Positions 50,700 through 63,687 of a DNA stretch of 64,000 nucleotides are shown piece after piece; position 1 is the stretch's first letter; each line of letters starts with the position of its first letter. Below the pieces are notes generated by a model, which ran no database searches, was not told the DNA's origin, and saw only the letters and a list, made by a program, of their open reading frames with translations. Source of the stretch: Octopus sinensis (lineage: Eukaryota); the NCBI RefSeq assembly GCF_006345805.1, contig NC_043026.1, positions 1,612,001-1,676,000 on the forward strand, read 5' to 3'. The position numbers were made by a program, and so were the translations under genes.

Positions 50700-53600
50700 T
50701 CCTCCCCGAGATGTATTCCCCATCTGTTTTTACTGTTTATTGTCCCTCCACATTTACCACACACAAAGTCTACTTTCTCTGTAAACTTTCCTGTGATTCC
50801 ACTGCACCTCTTGTGAAAGCAGTGAGTATGGAACTTCTACCTACACCTTTCCTATATATCAATCAGTCATTTTCCTGAAGGTATTAGTAACTTGTCTGTT
50901 TTCCTGCCTATTAGAACTTTGGTTTCTGCTAATTTAATCTTAATACCCTTTCATCCCAGGTTCGGCCTCAACACCTGGAATTTCTTTTCAAATTCTACCA
51001 CAGATTCACCTATAAAGAACAAGGCTATCAGCATAGAGAAGTTCTCACAGACAACCAGTCTAAAACTCTTCTGTTATGGCCTAGGGGACATGATAAATAA
51101 GAAAGGGTTCAGAACAAAGCCCTGATGAACTACCTGCACACTGAATTCATTGCCAAACTCATTGCTAACTCTCATCTTAATGACTACACCTGTGCATGGC
51201 TTGGATGGCCTATTACCAGCCATTCAGCCACTTCTGGCTTCCACAGTGACCACCAGATGAGAGAGCAAGGGGCTCTAGCAAAGGCTTTCTCCACATCAAT
51301 AAATGACAAATTTAGTGGCTTATTTCTGGTAAAATACTTTGCCTGCAACTGCCTCACTAGAAAAAGCGCATCAGTAGTGCTTCTCCTTGGCATAAAACCA
51401 AATTGCATCTCATCTAGGCTAACTCACTTCCTAAGTAGTTATAACCCTTTCTATAGCTTTCATGACTGGGTCCAACAATTTGATACCTCTGTAATTCTGT
51501 CTGAGACATCTAAGAGTTGGCTATAAAAGCTGCTACACCACACAAGTTGTTAGATATAAGCCCCTATTTACATATCCCGCAGAGCATGTTCACCTTAGTT
51601 CTTCCTACATTTTGTACATCCTCCACAGTCAATGGCTATTTTTCATTGCCAAACAGCAGAAAGTTTGGGTATTTTACCTTTATATGATGGAAAAAGCCAT
51701 CAGCAAACAGCCCTGTGGCTGCTGACAATGTTTCCCATCTAATAAGGGTAAATGTTTGGCTATTTTACCCTTCATTTGAAATATTACTTTTTGGTCTCTA
51801 TGATGCAATACACATTTGACACTTCCAAAAAGAAAAAAAGAAGTTTGTTTACATATCTTGTTGCAGTATTACACTTGTTTAGAAAGCGATTCTTGTTGTC
51901 AATAGCATCGATTATTGTTTTCCACTCAGTTCATCCTATTGCTTCTATCATCATCATTTAATGTCTGTTTTCCATGCTGGCATGCGTGAGATGCTTTGAC
52001 TGGGGCTGGGAAGCCAGACTGGAGCTGCACCTGGCTCTAGTCATCCGTTGTGGCATGGTTTCTACAGCTGGGTGCCCTTCCTAATGCCAACCACTCTACA
52101 GAGTGTACTGGGTGTCTTTTACGTGTCACCAGCACTGGCCATGATCAGAATTTCACTCAGCCTGACAGGTTTTCTCAAACACAACAAATCACCAGAAGTC
52201 TCAGTCAGTCGTCATGGCCTCCGTCAGATACAACAGCTGAAGATCATATTTCATCACCTCATTCCATAGATTCCCTCCACAATTAGAGATTAGCAACCCT
52301 TTAGAATATTAGGAGTGCATCTGCAACATATAATGTCCCCTCACAGTCTGCCTTTAGTCCTACATGACTTGCGAACCCTACACTGTACACCATATGCTAT
52401 TCTTACCAACTCCTTTTCTGCATATCAAACATGGCCATTGTCTTCTCTTAACTAAAACTTGTCTTTCACGACTCTCATTGGTAGGCTTAATTTCCACATT
52501 TCGAATGTCTTTACAGGTTCAGTGGTGAGAACCAGGTCATCAGCATACAGTAGTTCCCACAACATCTAAGTTTTAAACTTCCCTGTCATGGCTAGAAGTG
52601 TGGACATCATCATCATCATCATCATCATCTTTCTGTGCTGGCATGGGTTAGATGGTTTGACTGGAGCTGTTAAGCTGCACCAGGCTCCAGTCATCTGTTT
52701 TGGCTATGTTTCTACAACTGGATACCCTTCCTAACATCCACCACTCTACAGAGTGTACTGGATGTCTTTTAAGTGTCACCTGCACATTAAATTCCTCACT
52801 GAACTCTTTGCTAATACTGCCCTTGCTGACAGTATTTCTGTATATGGCTTGCATAGTTGTCATAAGCCATACCAAGTACCAGACTACAAAATGTGGCACC
52901 TGTCCAAAGACTTCTCCAGATTGGCAAATGCTTGACACAGTGGTTCACTCATGGCAAATAACTGTGGTTAATGCCTCTCTAGGAAGATGGCATTTGTAGT
53001 GACCTGCCCTGGCTCATATCTCCAACTGCACCCTAAGTCCATTCCTAAGTTTTACTATTACTTTTATAATATGGTCCATCAATTCGATGCCTGTGCAGTG
53101 GCTTCTCTCTGCAACATCTCCTTTGCCCTTCTACCATTTCATAATGATGATGTCACAGCACTCCCAGATATTTAGTATGACATCTCATTACCAACTAATT
53201 AAACAAGTGATTAACACATTTCCTACTTCAAATACTGTCAGTAACTCAGCAACTGCCTTTGAGGTTCCAGTTGCTCCCCCCATCTTCATATCCTTAATCT
53301 AGCTTCTAAGTTTTATAGTTGCCAAAATCAGAAACTGATCCCTCTGTTGAGTCAGTTTGGAATAGCTCCTCTTCCTTCTATGTGTTCTTCTCATTCTAAC
53401 ATTTTCAAACCACTTCTTCACATCAGTGGAGGTTACTGTGCCGATACCATTCTGTATACATTTTCCCCGCAAAGATGTTTTGATCCATGCAGAGACACTG
53501 TGATTCAGACTCTTTCATTATTGAACATCTGAACATCTGCTAATCTCTTTTGCCAAGAATATCTGACATCTAGCTACCAGATGTCTTTTTCACTATCCAC
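50700..53600 (-). mobile_element. Fragmented older RTE copies
   Basis: MQFGFMPRRSTTDALFLVRQLQ (51184..51408) and YADD-like segments similar to the 26-30 kb element, interrupted by RTE tails. Confidence 0.75.
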
Positions 53601-53813
53601 ACAAAACCTGTCTCCTAGCTTTTATCTACTCAACCACCATGTTCACCATCCAACTAGCTGGCACCATCACAGACCATATTCGTAGTTATGGTTTATAATG
53701 AGCTATATGTATATATCATCATTGTATTAACTAAACTACACCGCTAGCCACAATACATTTCCTCAAATTATTGGAACTTTCTAATGATGCCATTCTGCTG
53801 GCTAGGCAGAAAA

Positions 53814-53863
<50 letters not shown>

Positions 53864-54579
53864 AAAAAGTAACAACAAAAGAATGAGACCTCGATATTAG
53901 AAAAATAAGGATTATTTACATATGTTATAAATTAGAACAGTAAAAGGTTGTTGTTATAGTACTCTGAGTTTCGAATGTCGGAGCGAAGAGCTGCGATACA
54001 TTCTTGTCGGCTATTAATGGCAACAGATGCCATGAAAACCGGTTGAATAAAAGAAGAAAAAGAAAGATAAAACATACACCCAACCATATTCTCACAAGAA
54101 ATGGATATAAACCTCCTGCGTTCACGTCTACAGATGTACACAGTCAAACATGTATACATACATGCACACACACAAATATATGTACGTACTCATTCATACA
54201 CACACATGTATATATGTGTGTGTGTGTGTGTATGCAACCTCATCCTCATATACACATAGGTGCTTACACGCATACACATAACACAATACATAGGTATTTA
54301 CACATATATACAGACATACATTCACACTCCTGCATATCTGTATAAATGAAGGGCATATGCATGAAAGTCGCATATATGCACCGGACAGTCTTGCACTCAT
54401 ATAGATATACATACACATACATATAATATATATACACACATGTACACACTCACACAATTAAAAATGAAAAAAGATAGAAATATATATAAAAAATAAAAAA
54501 ATTAATGGAAGTTAAAACAATGGGAAAACTTGTGCAGGAACATAGTAGAAATGTGGATTCTGGCCACGATCAGGGGCAA

Positions 54580-54880
54580 AACTATGACAGGTATTTTGTG
54601 AGATATGGACATGATCCCAAAAATTCAGTTCTTAAATTTAAATATGTAGTAGAGTCCATGGAACTTTTCCAGATGAGCCATCTCTCCATATTACAAAGAC
54701 CGCACTTGCCACTGCCGTTGGTGTAAGGCTTACACTTGGCTAAGATCTTCCAGTAAATCTTGTAGTTGACAACTTGTTCTTTTAAGAACCATTTATAACT
54801 GGATAATTTGGTAGATTTTCTGAAGCTTAACGTGTGATTGAATCTGAAGTATAGTAATACTAATAACATGGTGTTTGAAC
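54580..54880 (-). mobile_element. Penelope-like GIY-YIG C-terminal fragment
   Basis: KLSSYKWFLKE...YKIYWKILAKCKPYTNGSGKCGLC...LNLRTE, homologous in pattern to the 33040 fragment. Confidence 0.75.
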
Positions 54881-54967
54881 TCAATATATAAATATGCCTC
54901 AGAGACATGAGTAACTCAAATATATAATAAATAACATTTATATATACATACACACACACACACACAC

Positions 54968-54998
<31 letters not shown>

Positions 54999-55291
54999 AT
55001 ATATAGGCACAGGAATGGCTGGTGGTAAGAAGTCCTACTGCCAAGCAATTTGTGCAAGTGTCTACTTCTATTGCCTCAGGCCAACCAAAGCTTTGAGTGG
55101 ATTTGGTAGAAAGAAACTGAAAGAAGCCCATCGTATGTGTGTAGGGGTCTTTGTCCCCCATCATCAATTGACAACTGGTGTTTATGTCCCCATAACTCAG
55201 CAATTTGGCAAAGAGACTGATAGAATAAGTACTAGGGTTGAATTGTTTGATTGAAATCCTTCAAGGAGTGCTGAAACAAGGAAACAAATAA

Positions 55292-55323
<32 letters not shown>

Positions 55324-55856
55324 ACTTATAAAACAAGGGCAAAAGAAAAAAAATTCTTATGCCAAATATAGACAAACTGTCAATAACCATTATAATTTAT
55401 CACTATTAACATGCGTCTCGAAACAAGCTGAAAGAAATTTCTAAAAAATTCCGTTATTACCGTATTGGTCCCAATTTCAGAGTTAATACAAAAGAATTTT
55501 CTCCTCGTCAGCGATAAATACGTAAGACATAAATGAAATACTTACTCATACCCATGGAAAAAGCAAGCACTAAGTCATGAGCAGACCTAAGTACCCCAAA
55601 TATATCCAAAATAGAAAAACTTCAGCACATCTCAAGACACGTGTGATTTGAACTAGAAACTTTCACAGAGTGAGAGAGTTCAGAAGTGAACACTATTAAA
55701 TTTACACCTAATCTAGGATAAAATTTTATCAATGGCCAGCATATTAAAAAATACCCTTAAAGGTATATATATGAGAAAATGAGATGACAAAAGAATAAGC
55801 AATTACCTTATGAGCATCATTAGCTTATTGCTTGTTCGTGTCCTCAAATATTTGAT

Positions 55857-55935
55857 GCTCTGATTAAGCTATAAAGTGTTGATCAGGCACTCAACTGTGA
55901 GCTCACAGCATCTTATAACCGAAACAGCTGTAAGC
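55857..55935 (+). ncRNA. Degenerate hammerhead with palindromic stem III
   Basis: GCU CUGAUUA ...CUUAUAACC GAAAC-AGCU-GUA^AGC. Confidence 0.4.
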
Positions 55936-57256
55936 TAATGAAGTTCAAAAGATAATCGTTCGTTCCTTTGTCGTCTCATTTTCTTATGACCGCTCAGCTC
56001 TCGACTTCTGAAGCATAAGTATATCGAGTTCTACACCAGGTTATCAATATATATCATCCTCATCATTTAACGTCCATTTTCCACACACACAGGTTTAACT
56101 GTATAATTGTTTATTTCCCGTTCACAATTCGGGTTCTGAGCAAATACCTTCCATTTCAGCCCCAGGCCGACAAACGAATTGTAAGTAAATCTGATATATG
56201 GAAACTGAAAGAAGCCCATCGAATGTGTATGCATGTGTGCGTATGCGCTTACATTTGCATTTCTCAATAAGAATCATGAGCTACCCGCGATGGTGGTGCC
56301 ATTTCACCGGTCAACAAACCAACCACCCGATGGCTTTACGCCTTCGAAGACGTCGTGGGAAATACAAATCCTTTATTTAAAAAGTAGGTATGGGTTAGCG
56401 ACAGAAAGAGCACCCAGTAGTAAAACCAATGTCGCAGTAATATATTCACCTCACACATGCTAGCATGGAAAGTCGGACATAAAACATAAACCGTTACACA
56501 CACACTCAACGCAAATCGCTAAATAATACATACGTTACATATTTCTCTCGGTACAAAGGCATCTGTATACACACACACACACACACAATCTCATACCCGC
56601 ATACTTAAATCACATGCCACTCACATTTCAATTCACAATGCTTATATATACATGTGCGTGTATATACACACGCAACCAAATTGGCGTTGCATATACATCA
56701 ATATACCACGTATTTCTCACACAAAACATCCGACACTGCATTCGTTGCAAACCTACATTCATTCATACGCAAAAAGGTTTCTCTCTTCCAATCGAGAGAA
56801 GTGCAAACACGGTGGACTGGAGGCAGGTTCGCCTCGCATCTTCTCCACCCATCCAGCGCCAACGAGGGCCGCCGAGGCGCGGTTTTACACCTAGAAATAA
56901 GAAGCAATCAAGGAAAGCCCCGACCGACTGCTAATTAGTGGGGTTTGTAGTCCCAGGCGTAGAGGCGAGATGGTCACCGTTGGAATACCTCCGAACGACG
57001 GCTCTGGCCTGGCGATAAGCAACAACTAGACACATCGTATACACAGGCATATATATATATAATAACAATTTAAACATACATGGAACAATATATAATAGCA
57101 GGAATTAAGTTTAAACATTTGAGAAAATCAAAAGTAATTAAGAAAAATACAACATTCAATTCTATATAAATATAAATATATGAATACCTTTGGATAAAGA
57201 ATACCTTTTCTCTCTTCTGTGTCGCCACAAAACTGACTCCTTAAATATATATATAT

Positions 57257-57289
<33 letters not shown>

Positions 57290-57676
57290 GTATATATTAT
57301 ACACCTTCAGTTAAGAGTGTATAAATATAAATATATATACATATATGTGTGTGTTGTACAAGTCAATACGGTTTAATGTTTTAGTTAAGATTGGGAAATC
57401 AATAAGTTTGTGATTAAGGTTCCTCCTGGGGTTCTTCGGGAGAAGGTTTCTTGTGTGAATTGGCCGAGGCTGAACACTCCTCTCCACCTTGCTCCAATGT
57501 CCGTCCTGCTCTCGCTCTCTCTCTCTCTGCCTCTGCCTCTTCCTATCCCTCGCTGCCTCTCTCTCTCTCTCTCTCTCTCTCTACAGAAGGGTGGTGGTGG
57601 TGCTGTGTGTGTTTCTCTCTCAACACTTCACTGTGCCATAAAAGCCTTAATGATGATGCTCCCCCCTCTACTCTTC

Positions 57677-57713
<37 letters not shown>

Positions 57714-58945
57714 CTATAAAACAAGGCACTTCCAGCTCTGCTTCTGTCTGTCTTTCTCTGTTTTTTTTTCGGTTTGATTTCTCTATCTTTCCTTCTACAT
57801 ATATATATTTATATTTGTATGTAAGTGTTCGTCAAGTCTTCAGTGTGCCATAAACCTTAATGATGCTCCCCCTCTCTTGCTCCTATCTCTATCTCTCTCT
57901 CTCTCCCTCTTACTCACTGTCCTATATATAAAACAAGTCTACTCCAGCTCTGTTTCTCTCTCCCCCTCCCTTTTTATACATATTTTATGTATTTGCTTTC
58001 CCTCTCTCTCTATATATAGTTTATCTGTTTGATCCCCCCCTTCTATTTTATCAGTTTGGCTCCTCCCCCTCTCTCTCCCACCATCTCTCTTTATGCTTCA
58101 CTTCACTGTGCCATTAAGGCTGCTGCTACTTCCGCTTGCTCGACTTCGTTAAACTCTCGTCTATTCTCGTTTCTTCATTTGTCTTCTCGTCTTCTTCCCG
58201 TTTCCTCCTTCTCCCTTCCTCCTCCCTTCCTCCTCCTCCTCCTCCCATATTTGAAACGAGGGGAAAAAAACTGTTATTTATTTATTTATTTATTGAGGGG
58301 TGAGTTGGTGGAGTGGTTAGCGCGCTGGACGAAACGATTTCTTCTGGCTTAACGTTCTCAGTTCAAATCCCCACCGAGATTTTCATTCTTTCACGGTCAA
58401 TAAAATAATGTAATCGAATAATGTAATCTCTGTAATAGAAGCGAATATTATTTATTTATTGTAAGAGTGGTATTTGTTCTCGCGCTATACGTTCCGAGTT
58501 CAAATCCCGCCGAGGTCAACTTTGCCATATATCGTTTCAGAGCCGATAAATTAAAGTATCTATCAAATATTGAGGTCGGTATGATTAACTGAAGCTCTTC
58601 CCACCAAATAGCTGCTGCTCTTTATATTGCGAGTTCAAATCCCGCTGAAGTCAATTTTGTTTGTCACCCATTTAGGATCGATAAAATAAAGCATGGTTGA
58701 TTTAATCGAATAATCCTCAAAAACAACACCTCTTTTTTATTTAATTTTTTAATTTTACACAAACCCCCGTTTTCGGCTACGGAGAATACGAATCTGCAAC
58801 AAAATTGGCAAAAATCGGCATTTTTAAATTACCCTCCCCACTAAATTCTTCATTTTCAAGTTTTTTCACAATTTTTTTTTTTTTCAAACTATCCGGGGAA
58901 ATACGGAGATTAGGATTCTGAAAAAATTTCCAAAAACTTTTCGAC

Positions 58946-58990
58946 TTAGGGCTAAGGTTAGGATTAGGGGGTTAAGGTTAGGGTTAGGTT
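58946..58990 (+). repeat. Degenerate interstitial TTAGGG tract
   Basis: Seven hexamers, three of them perfect TTAGGG. Confidence 0.8.
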
Positions 58991-59539
58991 TACGGAAAAA
59001 AATGAAAAATGAAGTATTGGGGGTGGGGGCAAAAAACTTTTTAATTCTAATTTTTGGCAATCTCCGTATCCGAAAACGTGAGTTTTTGGCAAAAAAAAAA
59101 TTTATGATTTTTTTAATCATTTGCGAGAAAATGGGGTGGGGGAGTCTTTCTGAAACCTGTTATTATAAAACGATGGTTTGGGTTGAATAGATAGAGAGGT
59201 GGACAAAATGTGTGAATTTAAAAACTTTTTATGGTCTGAATTAAAATTCCGTTGAGGTCAACATTTCAAACAAACCTATATCAAAGGTCTCCAGGTTTGT
59301 TCTCTACATTCTTTTATGCAAGATATAGTGCATCAATGATGAGATTAACTTCTTTTACATATATATATTAACGTAGCTGTGTAAAATTTAAGGAAGATCT
59401 GGTGAACAGTGTGTAGTTATGTTTCTTTACATTGTGTTGAAATCCACAGAAAAGTCAATCTCTGTTTCATCTTTCTGGTGCAGATTTTATCGACTGCATC
59501 ACTTCTTCAAATTTCAGCACTTATGTCTGTCTTAGACAA

Positions 59540-59960
59540 CAATGTCATTATCAATATTTACACCACAAGAGAGTCATTTTGATCCCTTAAGAACATATCC
59601 TCCGAAAGAACTGACTGGATCCTATTGGTCCTGTTTCGTCCTGTGTCTTTCACATTAAAAAACATGTCTGATAATTGAGATAGCATGTCCTGGTGAAAAG
59701 AAGACAGAAGAGAAAGCGAACAAATATGATGAACTGAAGTAGGAAACATGCATGAGATGGGAAATGAAGAGGGTGGACGTGATACCAGTAGTGAGTGGCA
59801 TGCTTGGAAGTATCAGTACTCAACTACCAACATGGCTCAAAAAGAATGGTAAAGATAGAACACCTATAAAAATCATCACTGCTTGGAACTACTAGACTTC
59901 TCCACGGAAGTTCTTGAAGCACGTGTCCCCTAAACAAGTGTCCCCTAAGTCTGCTGACTG
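59540..59960 (+). mobile_element. R4/Dong-like LINE, restriction-like endonuclease C-terminus
   Basis: Hand translation gives LIIEIACPGE...KANKYDELK..C.RWEMKRVDVIPVVSG.LG...KSSLLGTTRLL. Confidence 0.6.
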
Positions 59961-60049
59961 GACAGCTGACACTTTCCATCATACCTGGCAAAATAAGACG
60001 AGAGTTTTCATCAAATAGTAATAAAAAAAACACTGTTCATAGCAAAAAG

Positions 60050-60660
60050 AAAACATCACTGTCCATCCACCACCTCACCTTCAGCTGCACACTGCAGGAA
60101 CCCTTGTGATTACACCAAAATGTGAGGCCTCAATATCATCAAGGATCTTTCAGAACAAATAAACTTAACATAGAATATTGACCCTTCTCTTCAGGGCTAG
60201 AAAGTACACCACCACAACAACAACCCCTGACACTTTACAAAGCTTGGATATGGATGACTACAGAATACTGGACCCATATAATAGGGGTACAGTGACACCC
60301 ACAAAAATATCCTTAACCACTCTTGGTGAAGCGACACTTGACTGATTGGCATGCAGTTACTCACAGACCACATTCCAACAGACATGCACCTTCTTTTCTT
60401 TCTTCCCACTACCCTAATGGCCTGTACTCCTCAGGGTTGGTTGGTCTGGTACCAGCTTCAATCAAACACTCACTACTGAATCATCTCTCATCATCCATAT
60501 TCTGATCAATCTTCAGAGCCCACTCTAACTCAGAACTGCCTTCTCAGAATACAAATTCTCTGGGATTTCTTTCCTGCTCTTGTTTAATCATGAAAACCTC
60601 AACTTACAAAAATTTAAGCAGAAAGTTAACAGTGTCAATCTCACTAGACTTCAGCGTATG
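60050..60660 (+). mobile_element. Decayed I/Jockey-group LINE ORF2 C-terminus
   Basis: LLFRARKYT...TL / HYPNGLYSS.L / FK.KVN remnants with many stops. Confidence 0.4.
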
Positions 60661-61684
60661 AAGGCTAGGGGTTTGGTCCCTTTCTTTTAAACAAAGCAAG
60701 TAAAAGAGAGGACTGTGGGTGTTACCTGTGAACTTGTAAGAAAGGACTTGTAGATGAGGACCTTTACTGCGGACTAGTTATCAAACTGGTCAGCAGAAAA
60801 GGAACATCTGGTTAGGCAGCAAATGAGACCTGAGCTCAAATAGTGGATTGTACTCTCTCTCCCTCTCCCTCTCTCTCACACACACATTGTAGATGATTAA
60901 CACAGAATAAACAACACTTCAACACATCCTCATTTGTGGTTATTAACAAAAGCTTTAGGGAAAAGAGAAACTATTACAGTCACCTCGTGTTTATTAAGAA
61001 TGCTCTCCCAATATAAAGTATCAACAAGAGATCTTGGAAAGATAAATACAATGATTGAAAAGATGATGAAGAAAAGTGACAGCTCTGAGCTCCAATGGAA
61101 ACATGACATCAGACACTGATAATTACAGGTAGTTAAGGTGACAAAACAAAATATTAAGGATACTGAAAGAAACTTGTCGTGTGTGTGTTTGTCCCCTGCC
61201 ACCACCTGACAACCAGTGTGGCTGTGTTTATGTCCCCATAACTTAACAGTTTGGCAATAGAATAAGTACCAGGCTTATAAAAAAAAAGTGCTGGACTACA
61301 AATTCAAGGTGGTGCCCCAGCATGGCCACTGTCTCACAACTGAGCCAAGTAAAAGATAAAAGATAAAACTTACTCTTTTTCGGAATAGTGGATCCTGAAG
61401 CACCCGAAAAGCTATAAATAATCACAGGTAAATAGGGATTTCAAATTTTGGCACAAAGCCAGCAAGGAAGGGTATACATTGACCGCAGTACTCAACTGGT
61501 ACTTATTTTATCAACTCCAAAAGGATAAAAGGTAAAGTCAACCTTAGCAGAATTTGAACTCAGAATGCACAGACAGACAAAATGCTGCTAAGCATTTTCC
61601 CTGGTGTTAACAATTCTGTCAGCTCACCACCATGTAGATATTAAGTTGAAAAGCCCTTTTGGATAGGAAAAGTCAAAGGCTGCT

Positions 61685-61738
61685 GGTGAGACTTGAACCC
61701 ACATCTCCTGTAGATATGACAGATGTTCTACCAAAGCA
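61685..61738 (-). pseudogene. tRNA-like fragment inside imperfect inverted repeats
   Basis: TGGTAGA, stem TCTGT/ACAGG with a 7-nt loop, T arm GTGGG-TTCAAGT-CTCAC. Confidence 0.45.
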
Positions 61739-63687
61739 ATCCTTTGAATGCCTCTATCCATTTCAGAAATTTTATTCTTACCGGTGAGAATTATATGGAG
61801 TTAATGTCATTAGAATTTTGTAAACTTTTGCGAGAGGATGGAGAAATTCTGTTTGAGAGTAGAGACTCATGAACAGCTTTGTCAGGCAGCAGCAAGTCAA
61901 CAAACACACTGGTCAAGCAACTGACCAGCTAATCTATGGTATTGAGCAGAATATTTGCTTTAATGATATTTCTGCTTTATCAACTCAACACTGAATCTGT
62001 CAGAAATGCAATGGAAAATCGGTCAGTTTGGAAACATTGATGTCCAGGTGACAAAAGCAAAGTTTGAAGGGAATATTAGGGATTTCCTTTGATTTCTAGA
62101 GAGAAGTAAATAAGAAATAACATTTACTGACCAAAGACAAAAAAACTTAAGAATTTTGTTACTCAGTGTTTTTGGTTACAGAAATTTAAAACTGAAATGG
62201 AAAGAGGTCAAAACAAGAAACGATAAAGTTCACTTCAAAATTTGGCACAAGGCCAGCAATTTCAGTGAAGGTGGTCAGTCAATGATATCAACTCAGTGGC
62301 ATTGTGAGAAAGTGTCTTCTGCTCTAGCCTCAGGCCAACCAAAGCCTTCTCAGTGGATTTGGTAGACGGAAACTGAAGGAAGCTCATATCATATGTGTGT
62401 GTGTGACTGTATTTGTGTTTGAAAAAAGCCTGTTTAACACACACACACACACACACTCACATCTTTTAAATTTGCTTACAGGAGACATTTTGAATCTGCA
62501 AATAAAGCTTCTATTCCATTATGTCAGCTACAGTCTAAAGATGCTGACAGGTGAACCAGTTTTTCAGGGTTGTATCGAGCTCTACCAATATAATGTAGGA
62601 TAAATATAGTAATAATAACAATAATCCTTGGATAGAATTTATAAATATTATAAATGTGGTGCATAAATTGTTAAGTAAATGAGAGGCATCTTTCCCTCCA
62701 CTGATTCAGTTGCAAAGTGTGGAGAAAAGTTATTTGATTGCAGACCTCCTTTTACTCTTTTTATTATCACTGGGTCACACATAGTCCCCAGATGGTAATA
62801 TTGATTTCAAGGCCTTCCCAGATGAGTGACTGGTTATTCAAAGACATTTACAGATTGTAATTTTATTCTGTCCAGTTATGTATCAGTATAGTGGTCATTT
62901 GCAAACTCCAGAGGTGACACTTTCATTTCTCCTTAGCCCTCACCTCACACAGTTGTTAATGTTTATTTCAGTTGGGTCACGCCCTTCCAATTGCTAGAGA
63001 TTCGTAATGCATCTTACGGCTGTGCCTGTCACCTGGATGGTGAGGAATCCGACATTGGGAGTGGTAACGACTAGGGTAGGGTAGCTGACTGCTTATTGTG
63101 ATCATTCGTCTTCTGGTTTCCTGTAGCTTTGCTCTCTTTTACAAACCCAGTGAACATAAATTCCCTATTTCAAAGAAATTCAAACAATAGATATAAGACC
63201 CAAGTTAAAAAGATTCTCAACAATTCAACTTCTCTGGTTGACATTAAGACACCCATCCCTAATAGGGGCCTTAACTCTCACATTTTAGGGCTCCATGACC
63301 TCCATTTCTCAGGAGCAAAATCCTTTTAACAGGTTCGATAAGACTGGAATTTTGGAATATGTGCATAAAAATCAGTAGAATGGGATACATGTGGCACGAT
63401 TATATATTTTTCCAAGATTGAAAAAAAGTTAAAATTTTAAAATTTGGGGTGGGGAGGGGGGAATTGGTCTTTGACATCTTCAGAATCTCCTTCATTGAAA
63501 ACATAGGAATCTGCTGAAAAAATTTCAAAAAAATTTCAAAAAGTCGATTTTTCGTACCAGTGTACTTGTAAACCTGAAGTCTTTATGATTAGATTTTTTT
63601 GGAAAACTGGTTAATTCAGTGTTTATTTAATTTCTAAGATAATAATTATTATGATAATATTTTTTAGAAAGTTTCTTCCTTATATAA

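Noticed and set aside
56930-57020. HDV-like ribozyme
   Set aside because: Could not build P1.1/P4/J4-2 by eye.
57410-57853. Ser/Leu-rich ORFs as membrane proteins
   Set aside because: Produced by (CT)n tracts.
58946-58990. True telomere or chromosome fusion point
   Set aside because: Only 45 bp, degenerate, single orientation.
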